A stretch of DNA of 63,819 bases, counting the filler, from Octopus bimaculoides (Eukaryota), in NCBI RefSeq assembly GCF_001194135.2. It is 8 parts of 8 records of this genome, joined end to end, with 100 filler letters (N's around TTAATTAATTAA, not from the genome) between each part and the next. Parts side by side here need not be neighbours in the genome. Positions count along the whole stretch, not along the records: positions 50,339 to 53,425 come from NW_026319499.1; positions 53,526 to 57,683 come from NC_068983.1; positions 57,784 to 62,630 come from NC_068988.1; positions 62,731 to 63,819 come from NW_026401574.1; 4 more parts are not named here. One strand, written 5' to 3'. Below, one piece after another: positions 51,083 through 63,819 of this stretch. How positions within the stretch are numbered: the stretch's first letter is position 1; the number at the start of each line of letters is the position of its first letter. The notes under the pieces were generated by a model that was given only the letters and a program-made list of their open reading frames with translations, had not been told where the DNA came from and did no database searches. A program made the position numbers and the translations under genes.

Positions 51083-51275
51083 GGACTATATACCTGTTGT
51101 AATTTAGTCATCCATAGTCCGATGATATTTCGGAATACAATTCCTTCTTCAGATATTCTTAGATGGAGTCGCTGCTATAATCTATACTAGCAACTCCATC
51201 TAAGAATATCTGAAGAAGGAATTGTATTATATAGGAATTCCTATAGATAACTAAATTACAACAAGTATATAGTCC
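51083..51275. repeat. ~190-bp foldback: 36-bp perfect inner arms, 30-bp outer arms (28/30)
   Basis: 51134-51169 is the exact reverse complement of 51193-51228; 51083-51112 vs 51246-51275 has two mismatches. Confidence 0.95.
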
Positions 51276-51586
51276 ATTTATATATATATATATATATATN
51301 NNNNNNNNNNNNNNNNNNNNNNNNNNNNNNNNNNNNNNNNNNNNNNNNNNNNNNNNNNNNNNNNNNNNNNNNNNNNNNNNNNNNNNNNNNNNNNNNNNNN
51401 NNNNNNNNNNNNNNNNNNNNNNNNNNNNNNNNNNNNNNNNNNNNNNNNNNNNNNNNNNNNNNNNNNNNNNNNNNNNNNNNNNNNNNNNNNNNNNNNNNNN
51501 NNNNNNNNNNNNNNNNNNNNNNNNNNNNNNNNNNNNNNNNNNNNNNNNNNNNNNNNNNNNNNNNNNNNNNNNNNNNNNNNNNNNNC

Positions 51587-52025
51587 TGCGCCAGTGGAGC
51601 ATTAACAGCACTGTCGAGCGTGTTCATTGCCAGAGCAGCTGTCTGGCTTCCGTGCTAGTGGCCCGTAAATAGCACCATTTGAGCGTAATCGTTACCAGCA
51701 TTGCCTTCTAGCACTTGTGCTGGTGGCACGTTAGAAAATCATTCGAGCGAGGTCGTTGCCAGTGCCCCTGGACTGGCTCCCGTGCAGGTGGCACATAAAA
51801 AACACCTTTTTGAGCGTGGCCATTGCCAGTACTGCCTGACTGGCCCTCATGCTGGTGGCACGTAAAAGCACCCACGACACTCTCGGAGTGGTTGGCGTTA
51901 GGAACGGCATCCAGCTGTAGAAATCAGATTAGAGCCTGGTGTAGCCATCTGGTCCACCAGTTCTCAGTCAAATCGTCCAATCCATGCTAGCATGGAAAGC
52001 GGACATTAAACGATGATGATGATGA
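51587..52025 (+). mobile_element. Non-autonomous retroposon with ~65-bp internal tandem units and (GAT)n tail
   Basis: GTGGCACGT-type units start at 51658, 51723, 51788, 51855; then GGAGTGGTTGGCGTTAGGAA.GGCATCCAGCTGTAGAAA; ends ...GCATGGAAAGCGGACATTAAACGATGATGATGAT. 5' end lost in a gap. Confidence 0.82.
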
Positions 52026-52129
52026 TATATAAGGTGACCAACCAGGCTATCAGATATTGTTACGTATTGCTGGTCTCAATGTGCTTTTGCATTGCTTTAG
52101 CCTTCTAATGATGCCCCCCCACTGCTGGC

Positions 52130-52268
52130 TGGAAAAGCAGGCCAACATTATCCCACTTATTGGAGCAATGTGAAATGAAGTGCTTTTCTCAAGAACACAA
52201 TGAACCACTCAGTCAGGGAATCAAGCCCACTATCTAGCATTTGTAAGTGCAACAGTCAGACCACTAGG
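52130..52268 (-). mobile_element. Old SINE head (as 1705-1956), CpG-decayed
   Basis: GGAGCAATGTGAAATGAAGTGCTTTTCTCAAGAACACAATG vs GGAGCAACGTGAGATGAAGTGTCTTGCTCAAGAACACGATG at ~1840-1875. Confidence 0.7.
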
Positions 52269-53184
52269 CTGTGTGCCTTCACACACATGCACCCCCCCCC
52301 AACACACATATCTATTACAAGTTACTATTAATTTTTTTTTTTGCTGTATTGTGTATTTGTTTCTTTTTTTTTGTATCATCTTTGTTATGGATCTTCTATA
52401 AGAATGAAGCTGTATCCCTCAATTTACCATTTCTATATACAAAGACCAAGAAGAAAACAAGCAGAAATAAGTTATGTGAAACAGAATTTATTTTAATGAG
52501 ATACCTCATACATACATACATACATACATACAACTTACATATATACTGACATACATATCCTCTTGCACATCAGTCTCCCACATCACTTCTCTGTGTCTAC
52601 CTCATCTCTCTATTTCCATCCTTCACAACTCAAAGGCATGAAGACTGTTTCAGAAGCCTTCAGCAAAAGTTTTCAAGGCAGCAAACAACTCTTTGGAACT
52701 CGGCTTAATATTGAGTGGACTCAAGATGAACCCGTTGTAGGCGTTGTGTGCGGGACGGAGCTCCAAGGCATAGCTGTATTTCGCTTGCGATTTCAGCTTC
52801 ACCCAGTCGTAGACTCCACCACCAGCTACATCTGGTTAAAGAAAAAAAAACAAAAAACAAGAAGGATAATGAAAAAGAAGTAATGGAAGAGAGGCTCATG
52901 GGTCGTATGGTTTAGCTTGGTCTCGTATTTGACTGGCTCTCATCCTCGCCTAGTAGCCCTACCTGCCTCTCAACTAGCCACACCTTCCTGCCAACTTGCC
53001 TTATCACTCTACTCATCTCCTTACTTAGTAGTCCTACTTCCTGTCCACATTCATGCCTAGTGGTATTGCCTTCCTTCCTACTTGCCTCCGTGCGTGCCCA
53101 CCTTCCTCTCTGTCTACCATCCAGACCTATAGGTCTACTTGCCTGCTCATCTGCCCATCAAACTTGCTTATCTATTTGCCCAAA

Positions 53185-53425
53185 GTGGAGGAGCAATGGC
53201 CCAGTGGTTTCGATTCCCAGACCGGGCGTTGTGGGTGTTTATTGAGCGGAAACACCTAAAAGCTCCACAAGGCTCCGGCAGGGGGTGGTGGTGAACCCTA
53301 CTGTATTCTTCCACCACAACTTTCTCTCACTCTTACTTCCTGTTTCTGTTGTGCCTGTAATTCAAAGGGTCAGCCTTGTCACATTCTGTGTCACGCTGAA
53401 TATCCCCGAGAACTACGTTAAGGGT
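53185..53425 (+). mobile_element. SINE family B with 34-bp deletion in the tRNA head
   Basis: Matches 42445-42720 except that AGGGCAGC...GATCGCGGTT is missing; truncated by a gap. Confidence 0.9.
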
Positions 53426-53592
53426 NNNNNNNNNNNNNNNNNNNNNNNNNNNNNNNNNNNNNNNNNNNNTTAATTAATTAANNNNNNNNNNNNNNNNNNN
53501 NNNNNNNNNNNNNNNNNNNNNNNNNATATATATATATATATATATATAATATACATGTTATAAATAGATTTCATGTATATATGTGTGTATGT

Positions 53593-53825
53593 TCTTTTAT
53601 TCTTTTTTTCTTTTACTTGTTCCAGTCATTTGACTGCGGCCATGCTGGAGCACCGCCTTTAGTCGAACAAATCGACCCCAGGACTTATTCTTTGTAAGCC
53701 TAATACTTATTCTGTCGGTGTCTTTTGCCGAACCGTTAAGTTATGGGGACGTAAACACACCAGCATTGTTTGTCAAGTGATGTTGGCGGGACAAACACAC
53801 ACACAAATACACACACACACAAACG

Positions 53826-53861
<36 letters not shown>

Positions 53862-53980
53862 CGACGGACTTCTTTCAATTTCTGTGTACCAAATCCACTC
53901 ACAAGGCTTTGGTCGGCCCGAGGCTATAGTAGAAGACGCTTACCCAAGTGCTACGCAGTGGGACTGAACCCGGAACCACA
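53593..53980 (-). mobile_element. SINE family A, near full-length, with internal (TA)/(TG) spacer
   Basis: Head (GGTTCCGGGTTCAGTCCCACTGCGT on minus), body, internal microsatellite and tail all present. Confidence 0.9.
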
Positions 53981-55493
53981 TGTGTATATTTCTGCTATAT
54001 ATTTCATATACACATTTTGTATATACACTAAATATATGTTAAATATATTTTTATAAATTATATATAAAACTTATACTTATATTACGCACTATGCAAATAA
54101 AGAGAAGCACCAACATACACATGTATTATACACACACACACACTCACAAACACACACATACACTCTAACACACACGCATACTCGCATAAACTGCACACCC
54201 GCGCAAACCTACACATACATAATAAATGTTAAATGAAAGTGTTTTTTTACAAGAATTTTCCATGGCCAGATAACTGAAGAGATGTTAGCGTGGGCCCCCG
54301 ACCCGGCATCCGAAATTTGGAGTCCTATCATGCCTACCGAATAAGTGTCACATATTTTTACAGATAAATTCCTCTATTTACATAATATCGAGGTCTCTTT
54401 CTTTCTTTTGTTGTCCTTCCTATGTATATATATATATATTATATATCTATATATANNNNNNNNNNNNNNNNNNNNNNNNNNNNNNNNNNNNNNNNNNNNN
54501 NNNNNNNNNNNNNNNNNNNNNNNNNNNNNNNNNNNNNNNNNNNNNNNNNNNNNNNNNNNNNNNNNNNNNNNNNNNNNNNNNNNNNNNNNNNNNNNNNNNN
54601 NNNNNNNNNNNNNNNNNNNNNNNNNNNNNNNNNNNNNNNNNNNNNNNNNNNNNNNNNNNNNNNNNNNNNNNNNNNNNNNNNNNNNNNNNNNNNNNNNNNN
54701 NNNNNNNNNNNNNNNNNNNNNNNNNNNNNNNNNNNNNNNNNNNNNNNNNNNNNNNNNNNNNNNNNNNNNNNNNNNNNNNNNNNNNNNNNNNNNNNNNNNN
54801 NNNNNNNNNNNNNNNNNNNNNNNNNNNNNNNNNNNNNNNNNNNNNNNNNNNNNNNNNNNNNNNNNNNNNNNNNNNNNNNNNNNNNNNNNNNNNNNNNNNN
54901 NNNNNNNNNNNNNNNNNNNNNNNNNNNNNNNNNNNNNNNNNNNNNNNNNNNNNNNNNNNNNNNNNNNNNNNNNNNNNNNNNNNNNNNNNNNNNNNNNNNN
55001 NNNNNNNNNNNNNNNNNNNNNNNNNNNNNNNNNNNNNNNNNNNNNNNNNNNNNNNNNNNNNNNNNNNNNNNNNNNNNNNNNNNNNNNNNNNNNNNNNNNN
55101 NNNNNNNNNNNNNNNNNNNNNNNNNNNNNNNNNNNNNNNNNNNNNNNNNNNNNNNNNNNNNNNNNNNNNNNNNNNNNNNNNNNNNNNNNNNNNNNNNNNN
55201 NNNNNNNNNNNNNNNNNNNNNNNNNNNNNNNNNNNNNNNNNNNNNNNNNNNNNNNNNNNNNNNNNNNNNNNNNNNNNNNNNNNNNNNNNNNNNNNNNNNN
55301 NNNNNNNNNNNNNNNNNNNNNNNNNNNNNNNNNNNNNNNNNNNNNNNNNNNNNNNNNNNNNNNNNNNNNNNNNNNNNNNNNNNNNNNNNNNNTATATATG
55401 TATGGGTGTGTGTGTGTGTGTGTTTCTACTACTTGAAGCTTACAAACTTCTTACACTTCGGATCTAAGGATCGTATTCACACACACACACACA

Positions 55494-55532
<39 letters not shown>

Positions 55533-56550
55533 ACACACACACACACAGATGTATGTATATATAGCGGGAGAGAAAGTGAGTGAGAGAGGAAGAGAGAGAG
55601 AGAGATTAAGACAAAGGTAGATAAATATGTATATATGGACACCTGTATACACATTATATATTTTCTTATGATTGTAAAATCTGTCTAGAAATGAACCAAT
55701 ATTCAATGAATCATCTAAATGCTACAATGAAACCTTTCATCGAAGCGGTTTTAAGAAAAATATCTCTATCTATAACATTGATCCTACAAGTAGAACTAAG
55801 AAGTTCAATAATAGAAGAAATATCTCATAGTAAAGTACACAGTGTAACATAGAAGTATACAATGTCTTAACTAAATTTTTCTTTACTTTGTTTGCAACAT
55901 TCTGAGAAAGTATATTCATAAGCCTTGCAGCTAAGCAATTTCAGTTCCACACATTTCTCTAGAAACATCGCAAAATGACCTGTTGCTTAATTTGCTAGTT
56001 ATTAAAGAATTTAATACGTCACAGACCCTAAGACGGTATATCACTGTTAAACTTATTCAAACAACATAATTGATATTGAGACGTATTAAAGTATACGCAG
56101 ATAGACAAATTCATATATATATATATATATATATATATANNNNNNNNNNNNNNNNNNNNNNNNNNNNNNNNNNNNNNNNNNNNNNNNNNNNNNNNNNNNN
56201 NNNNNNNNNNNNNNNNNNNNNNNNNNNNNNNNNNNNNNNNNNNNNNNNNNNNNNNNNNNNNNNNNNNNNNNNNNNNNNNNNNNNNNNNNNNNNNNNNNNN
56301 NNNNNNNNNNNNNNNNNNNNNNNNNNNNNNNNNNNNNNNNNNNNNNNNNNNNNNNNNNNNNNNNNNNNNNNNNNNNNNNNNNNNNNNNNNNNNNNNNNNN
56401 NNNNNNNNNNNNNNNNNNNNNNNNNNNNNNNNNNNNNNNNNNNNNNNNNNNNNNNNNNNNNNNNNNNNNNNNNNNNNNNNNNNNNNNNNNNNNNNNNNNN
56501 NNNNNNNNNNNNNNNNNNNNNNNNNNNNNNNNNNNNNNNNNNNNNNNNNN

Positions 56551-56810
56551 TGAAAGAAGCCCGTCGTATATATGTATATATATATGTGTGTGTATATGTT
56601 GTGTATCTGTGTTTGTCCCCCCAACATCGCTTGACAACCGATGCTGGTGTGCTTAGGTCCCCGTAACTTAGCGGTTCGGCAAAAAGAGACCGATAGAATA
56701 AGTACTAGGCTTACAAAGAATAAGTCCTGGGGTCGATTTGATTCGACTAAAGGCGGTGCTCCAGCATGGCCACAGTCAAATGACTGAAACAAGTAAAAGA
56801 ATAAAAGAAT
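56551..56810 (+). mobile_element. SINE family A, 3' two-thirds
   Basis: TGAAAGAAGCCCGTCGTATAT...GTTTGTCCCCCCAACATCGCTTGACAACCG...GACTGAAACAAGTAAAAGAATAAAAGAAT; head lost in a gap. Confidence 0.9.
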
Positions 56811-57396
56811 ATACTATATCAACTATGCTATATGCTGTATCAACTTTCGCTCCAACATAAATTTCCGGATTATCCCCACAAGGATTACTTTACACGGATT
56901 TCTACACGGATATTTACTACTGGAATGAAACTACACTTCAAGATGTGATATATTGGGGAGAAAAAGTTAAAAGCTAGAATAAATGACTAGGGATTACAGG
57001 GAAAAATGGGGAAAAGGTCGAAAGAAGTTTGGCTCGAAATGATCGGGTGAAGTTTTAGATTGGACAATAACTAAATTTCAGCAGGACCAACGTTGACGAT
57101 TGGGCAAAGTTTTAACTCGAAAAATTTACGCAAATGTAAAATTATTGATGCTCTCTTATATTTTCCTTTTTCTGCGATCTTACTTTAGGGTGAAATCCCA
57201 ACAGCCCTCCACATTTGCTAGCTAAAATCTGCTTGGAGGGCGTTCTTTTCTGTTAGTACATTACATACATAATACATGCATATCACACACACTTGCGCAT
57301 AAACCTTAGTACACATAGTCGGAAAGTGAACATATCTATGATTACACAAAGGAAAGAAGGGAAAAGAGAAACAGGGAGTGGGATATATATAGTGAG

Positions 57397-57397
<1 letters not shown>

Positions 57398-57474
<77 letters not shown>
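57398..57474. repeat. (GATA)n microsatellite
   Basis: Directly visible. Confidence 0.97.
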
Positions 57475-59628
57475 TCATGCAGACAGACACAGAAGCACGT
57501 GCACAGAGCAATTGCACACATACGTGCGCGCGCACAAATATGGATTTATTTAAGTGAACACAGATAAATACCAGAAGCGAATATGATTGAAAAGTGTTCT
57601 ATAAATACGAAGGAATTCACCTCGTAAATCTCGTTGTTGGGAATCTGGTAAACATTGTTAGCAGAAGAATTTCCAACTCTACCNNNNNNNNNNNNNNNNN
57701 NNNNNNNNNNNNNNNNNNNNNNNNNNNTTAATTAATTAANNNNNNNNNNNNNNNNNNNNNNNNNNNNNNNNNNNNNNNNNNNNATGAAAAGGTTATGTAT
57801 ACAAAGGTCTGGTTGAGAATAGTTTATTCACACGCCCTTTTATGTGTGTGTACGCGTATGTATATGTAAATATAGGTGAATATGCATATATATATGCGTG
57901 TGTGTTTATGTGTGTATGTTTGTGTGAGTGCGTGTGTGTCTGTATGTGTTTGTGTGAATGTCTGTGTGTTTTGTGTATTGATAATTAATATCAGACAATG
58001 ACTTGCATAAACGATCCTAACAAGATTCCATCATCCGTGTGACGCCAATGCTCGGAATTCTGTTTTAAGTCTCAGGTGTTTTCGCATGATCTTATTTTTA
58101 TGAGTAAAGTGAAATAAAATGAGAAAAAGGAGAAGAAACTAAGCCAAGAAGAACTACCACGTAAGAAACTAGAAAGAGTGACAGAAATAATTAGAACAAA
58201 AGCATATCATGCATACATACATAGATATATGTGTGTGTATACACACACACACACACACACACATATATATNNNNNNNNNNNNNNNNNNNNNNNNNNNNNN
58301 NNNNNNNNNNNNNNNNNNNNNNNNNNNNNNNNNNNNNNNNNNNNNNNNNNNNNNNNNNNNNNNNNNNNNNNNNNNNNNNNNNNNNNNNNNNNNNNNNNNN
58401 NNNNNNNNNNNNNNNNNNNNNNNNNNNNNNNNNNNNNNNNNNNNNNNNNNNNNNNNNNNNNNNNNNNNNNNNNNNNNNNNNNNNNNNNNNNNNNNNNNNN
58501 NNNNNNNNNNNNNNNNNNNNNNNNNNNNNNNNNNNNNNNNNNNNNNNNNNNNNNNNNNNNNNNNNNNNNNNNNNNNNNNNNNNNNNNNNNNNNNNNNNNN
58601 NNNNNNNNNNNNNNNNNNNNNNNNNNNNNNNNNNNNNNNNNNNNNNNNNNNNNNNNNNNNNNNNNNNNNNNNNNNNNNNNNNNNNNNNNNNNNNNNNNNN
58701 NNNNNNNNNNNNNNNNNNNNNNNNNNNNNNNNNNNNNNNNNNNNNNNNNNNNNNNNNNNNNNNNNNNNNNNNNNNNNNNNNNNNNNNNNNNNNNNNNNNN
58801 NNNNNNNTATATATATATATATATATATGTACATGTTCTTGCAAACATATTCATATAATTGTGTAGTGGTGAGGAATTTCCGTATATTTATGCGCTAGGT
58901 ATATGTACACACATGCATTTTTATTTATATATGTATGACAGCATACATATGTGAACATATATGTGAACAACATATGTGAGCATACATTTACATATATATA
59001 TATATATACATATATTTATATCTGTGTGTATGTATATATATATGTATATACATATAAATATATTTACGTATAAATGTGTGTGCGTATATATATATGTGTG
59101 TGTGTGTGTGCGAATGTATGCATGTGTATTACACAGACATACTGTTAATATGAGCGCAAAGTAAAATGGCAGAGTGGAATTGTTTATTCGTCTTCGTCAG
59201 CAAACTAGGTAACGAAAAGTGATAAAAATCTCAGGAAATTAACTATTTGGAGAATTTAAAATGATAGAAAGACAAGGCAAAAATAGAGTGAAGAGGTGGG
59301 GAAAAAGATATAAAGGAAAATGAAAGACACATTGAACGAAGATAAAATGTATAAAACAGGTAAAATAAGGGGAAGTAAGAATGAAAGGAAAGATACCTGA
59401 AGTGCTGTTAGGAATGGTACAAACGTTTATGATAATTGGTAAAAAAAAGTCTTCAGGGAATTTAACGTTAAATGAATCAAGACAAGCTGCCGACTAGAGG
59501 TAAACTTTAGAAAATTGATCAATAAAAATTGATAAATGGAATACTTCTCTCTCATTTGTTACTTCATATAAACACACAAGAACCGCTCAAAAAACATGGA
59601 TATGTATATATATATATATCTATGTGGA

Positions 59629-59665
<37 letters not shown>

Positions 59666-62310
59666 NNNNNNNNNNNNNNNNNNNNNNNNNNNNNNNNNNN
59701 NNNNNNNNNNNNNNNNNNNNNNNNNNNNNNNNNNNNNNNNNNNNNNNNNNNNNNNNNNNNNNNNNNNNNNNNNNNNNNNNNNNNNNNNNNNNNNNNNNNN
59801 NNNNNNNNNNNNNNNNNNNNNNNNNNNNNNNNNNNNNNNNNNNNNNNNNNNNNNNNNNNNNNNNNNNNNNNNNNNNNNNNNNNNNNNNNNNNNNNNNNNN
59901 NNNNNNNNNNNNNNNNNNNNNNNNNNNNNNNNNNNNNNNNNNNNNNNNNNNNNNNNNNNNNNNNNTATATACACATGCACACACATTCATAAACGACAGT
60001 GAGCCAACAATAAAGAAATTATTCTCATTCTTTACGATCCCATTTAACATTTGTTTGTTGTTTCCATTGCTATGCATTTTTATTAGATCTTTTCTTTTTA
60101 TTTATTTTTGTCTCTATATCTCTTTCGACTTTCTTTCTGTAGTATCATTTGATATTCTTATTGTTTTACCCCTTTTTCTAAACAAGAAAATATAAAATAA
60201 GTAAATAAATATAATAAAATTCGTGCCTTTTATAGTTTGATGTGTTTATTATGTATTGATATTTCTTACTGCCACAAGGAATACATATCCGTCATTGATT
60301 TTGGCTCAAAAACTTTGCAACATCAAATCAATGTTTCAGCTTTCTATTTTAAAAACAATAGTAACATCACTTGGACGTACAAGTAACTTCTCTCTTCTCT
60401 CTGTCTATGCCTCTCTCTCTCTCTTTTTTGTTATTGTTCACAAGGAAAACATAATACTCGTGAAAGTACTGTAAATGACATGAATACTATCGTACGCTAC
60501 CGAGTTCCAGCGTTGGGGGTTCAATTTAAAGCAGATGTAGCATTTACTATGAGCTTTATTAATGTGAGTGTATACAAATATACGTCTGCGTCTCCATGCA
60601 TGTGTGTGTGTGCAAGTATATACGAATATGTGCGTGTGTGTGCATGTGTGTGCGTGTGCTTGTGTGTGTGCGTCTATGAGTAGACATACGTAAAAAATGA
60701 CACCCAACACATTTGCTAGAAGTTACATTATATATCTAATAACAGTTTGATAAGCCACATAGAAACACTCATATATATATATATATATATATATATANNN
60801 NNNNNNNNNNNNNNNNNNNNNNNNNNNNNNNNNNNNNNNNNNNNNNNNNNNNNNNNNNNNNNNNNNNNNNNNNNNNNNNNNNNNNNNNNNNNNNNNNNNN
60901 NNNNNNNNNNNNNNNNNNNNNNNNNNNNNNNNNNNNNNNNNNNNNNNNNNNNNNNNNNNNNNNNNNNNNNNNNNNNNNNNNNNNNNNNNNNNNNNNNNNN
61001 NNNNNNNNNNNNNNNNNNNNNNNNNNNNNNNNNNNNNNNNNNNNNNNNNNNNNNNNNNNNNTATATGCTTGCATTTCGGTTTGTGAACAACGAGAAAATA
61101 CTCTACGCCAAAGTAAAATCTAAATATACTCCGCTTTTGAGAAAATGTCGATTACTCAAAATTTTGATATCCGCTTTATGCTATCGCTTCTATAACTGAT
61201 TATATTTTATACATAGAACATATAATTTATAACATTAATTATATAATGGTGGGCAACTATGGTTTTATAAATGATTAATTTCAGCATCATAATAGAAAAT
61301 AAGTGATTTGTTTCGAACATAGAGAAATATATATTTCCAATTATAGATATGAAATAATATATAGATATATATTTATAAAAACAGGAAGTCAGAAAAAATA
61401 TAAATAACAGCCAGAACAAAATAATAGCTTTATAGGAATATTTATGACATTGTAGTTGAACCGAAAGAGAAAAGACAGGAAGCTTTATTATATTAAATAA
61501 ATGCAGAAAGATATCAGCCATTTTCTTCCTCTCATGTCATTGACGAAAGAAAAGGATTCTCTCCCTTGGTATGGAAAATCTTATAATGCTACAAATTATT
61601 CTGGTCTGAACGTTCGTTTTGCATGGCTTTGGTCGAGAGCGTTTGAGATGTTTAGAACACTTCTTGCACAAGTGTGTAAGACTATGTGTACAAACCCAGT
61701 GGAAATATTTGGAATACAATGCCTGTAGTTATTTGAATAATAAAGAAAATTAATTAGGAAGGTCGTGAAAACTATTTCATCCAGTACATATTTTTCATCT
61801 CAAATTCTCTCTCTTTCTCTCTCTGTTACCATATCTTGCTCTTCTTTCACATTACGTATATTATGAGGAACAACGTCTTCATATTGAAATATATTTATTA
61901 TATATACTTTCCCTATCTCTCTACTTCTTATAAATTAAATTATTCCATGTGATATAATATAATGCGATGTATTAAATATATACTACTGTCATATTTTTAT
62001 TGCGTATTGAAGATAGCCAAACAGATCGAAATAACAGATGTATACAAATATTAAGGATTGTATAATTCCAACGTAAGGAAAACAAGAGAAATTGTATGTA
62101 CATAACAGCATAAAGATATTCACTATATCGTTCCTTTTATTTCACTAAAAGGGAAAATTACATTCTTGCCAAGAATATTTTCTATTGCGCAATGGATGTG
62201 AAATGAATAACCAATTGGTATAAAGCTTAAATACATGCATACATAAATACATACGTACATACATACATACATACATACATACACACACACAAACATACAT
62301 ACATACATAC

Positions 62311-62492
62311 ATATATGCATGTCCAGATATGCAACTATATGCATGAGATTACATACATAAAACGGACAAATCTAAACATACATACATACATACATGCATG
62401 CATATATGCATGTCTAGCTATGCAACTATATGCATGAGATTACATACATAAAACTGACAAATTTGCACATGCATACATACATACATACATGC
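62311..62492. repeat. 91-bp tandem duplication
   Basis: ATATATGCATGTC.AG.TATGCAACTATATGCATGAGATTACATACATAAAAC.GACAAAT starts at 62311 and 62402. Confidence 0.9.
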
Positions 62493-63159
62493 ATGCATAC
62501 ATACATACATCCGTTTCCTATTGTTGGCGTTGAAATTCCAATGAAGGAGACTTGGATCTAGGGTTGGAAACGGGTTTTTTCTCTATTGGCAAGAAATATT
62601 GAAATAAACTGAAAAATGATAAAAATGCTANNNNNNNNNNNNNNNNNNNNNNNNNNNNNNNNNNNNNNNNNNNNTTAATTAATTAANNNNNNNNNNNNNN
62701 NNNNNNNNNNNNNNNNNNNNNNNNNNNNNNTATGTATATATGTATGTATATATATATGTATATATATATGTATACATATACACACATATGGATATGTGTA
62801 TTATATATCCAACCAGTCTTGAGGAAATAAGTTTTGAAACAATGGACTGAGTGTATAAAAGATAACTTTATGAGGAAGAACTTGAGGAGACAGAGATCTT
62901 TAGTTGAGAATGGGGAAAAAAAAGCAGAAAGGAAGGCAGAAGAATGTATTTGCAATTAGAATGGTTTACAGCCAAGGCAGTAAAGTGAATGGAAATAGAA
63001 CAAACAATGGAGAAAGGATGGGAACTGTGTAGAAGAGTGTTTCTCAACTGAGGGAGAGGGAGAGTGAGAGTAAAGGATATGAGACATGTTGATCTGCCTG
63101 GCTCACTTTTGCTTTGAATTGTGTGCATGTGTTTGTGTGCTCATTTGCACATCCATGTA

Positions 63160-63306
63160 TCTATCTATCTATCTGCCTATCTATCTACCTGTCTATCTAT
63201 CTATCTTTCTACCTGTCTATCTACAGTTGTATTTGTCCCGTCTGTGTGCAGCCCTGTGTAGCTAATAAAAGAAAGTTATCTATCTACCTATCTATCTATC
63301 TACCTG

Positions 63307-63369
<63 letters not shown>

Positions 63370-63595
63370 GTCTAACTATCTATCTATCTCTCTGTCTTTT
63401 TGTCTATCTATCTATCTCTCTGTCTTTTTGTCTCTCTATCTATCTACCTGTTTATCTATCTATCTGTCTGTCTGTCTGACTATCTATCTGTTTATTTATC
63501 TATATATCCTTTTATCTATCTATCAATCTATCAAACTATCTATCTATTTATCTCTCTCTCTCTCTACCTACCTACCTACCTACCTACCTACCTAT
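63160..63595. repeat. Degenerate (CTAT)n/(CTAC)n microsatellite
   Basis: Directly visible; source of the LSIY pseudo-ORFs. Confidence 0.95.
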
Positions 63596-63604
63596 CTGGT
63601 GGTG

Positions 63605-63819
63605 GTGATGGTGGGGGACAAACACAGACACAGAAACACGCACACACACGCAAACATATATATTTATATACGACAGGCTTCTTTCAGTTTCCATCTACCA
63701 AATCCAGTCAGAAGGTTTTGGTCAGCCTGAGGCTACAGTAGAAGACACAGTTGCCCAAGGTGCCGCGCTGTGGGACTGATCTCGGAACCATGTGGTTGGT
63801 AAGCAAGCTACTTACCACA
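63605..63819 (-). mobile_element. SINE family A, head and body (cut by the window end)
   Basis: CGACAGGCTTCTTTCAGTTTCCATCTACCAAATCC...GAGGCTACAGTAGAAGACAC...GTGGGACTGA..CGGAACCATGTGGTTGGTAAGCAAGCTACTTACCACA. Confidence 0.9.

Noticed and set aside
51587-51880. CRISPR-like array
   Set aside because: The ~65-bp units are degenerate tandem copies without unique spacers, part of a eukaryotic retroposon; no cas genes.
566-63741. Numerous ORFs rich in YI, CV, HT, LS, LSIY, poly-N/I/V or X
   Set aside because: They are translations of microsatellites or of N-gaps, not genes.

Overview
AT-rich, gap-ridden eukaryotic genomic DNA saturated with microsatellites. The SINE families and microsatellite load suggest a cephalopod (Octopus-like); this is inference, not a database result. 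No host protein-coding gene can be called with confidence, and almost all ORFs in the supplied track are microsatellite or N-gap artefacts. The interpretable content is decayed mobile DNA: at least five Penelope-like element (PLE) remnants of two types, two PLE-type hammerhead ribozyme motifs, three kinds of LINE remnant (RTE-like, REL/R4-like, and a generic RT LINE), a disrupted mariner, a probable Chapaev-type transposase relic, several tRNA-derived SINE families and MITE-like foldbacks. Highlights: (1) a Neptune-type PLE (38.9-41.6 kb, minus) whose RT/GIY-YIG region is preceded, via a nearly open linker, by a Ulp1/SENP (C48)-like protease domain with its catalytic His/Asp/Gln/Cys retained; (2) a 630-bp TIR element with a perfect 8-bp TSD whose centre is a back-to-back telomeric palindrome (TAACCC)4-TA-(GGGTTA)5; (3) two twin-priming-like 5' inversions, one in a PLE and one in a SINE; (4) a ~9-kb CpG-decayed domain that probably marks a methylated gene body; (5) a ~190-bp branched hairpin. 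Ends of decayed elements are approximate.
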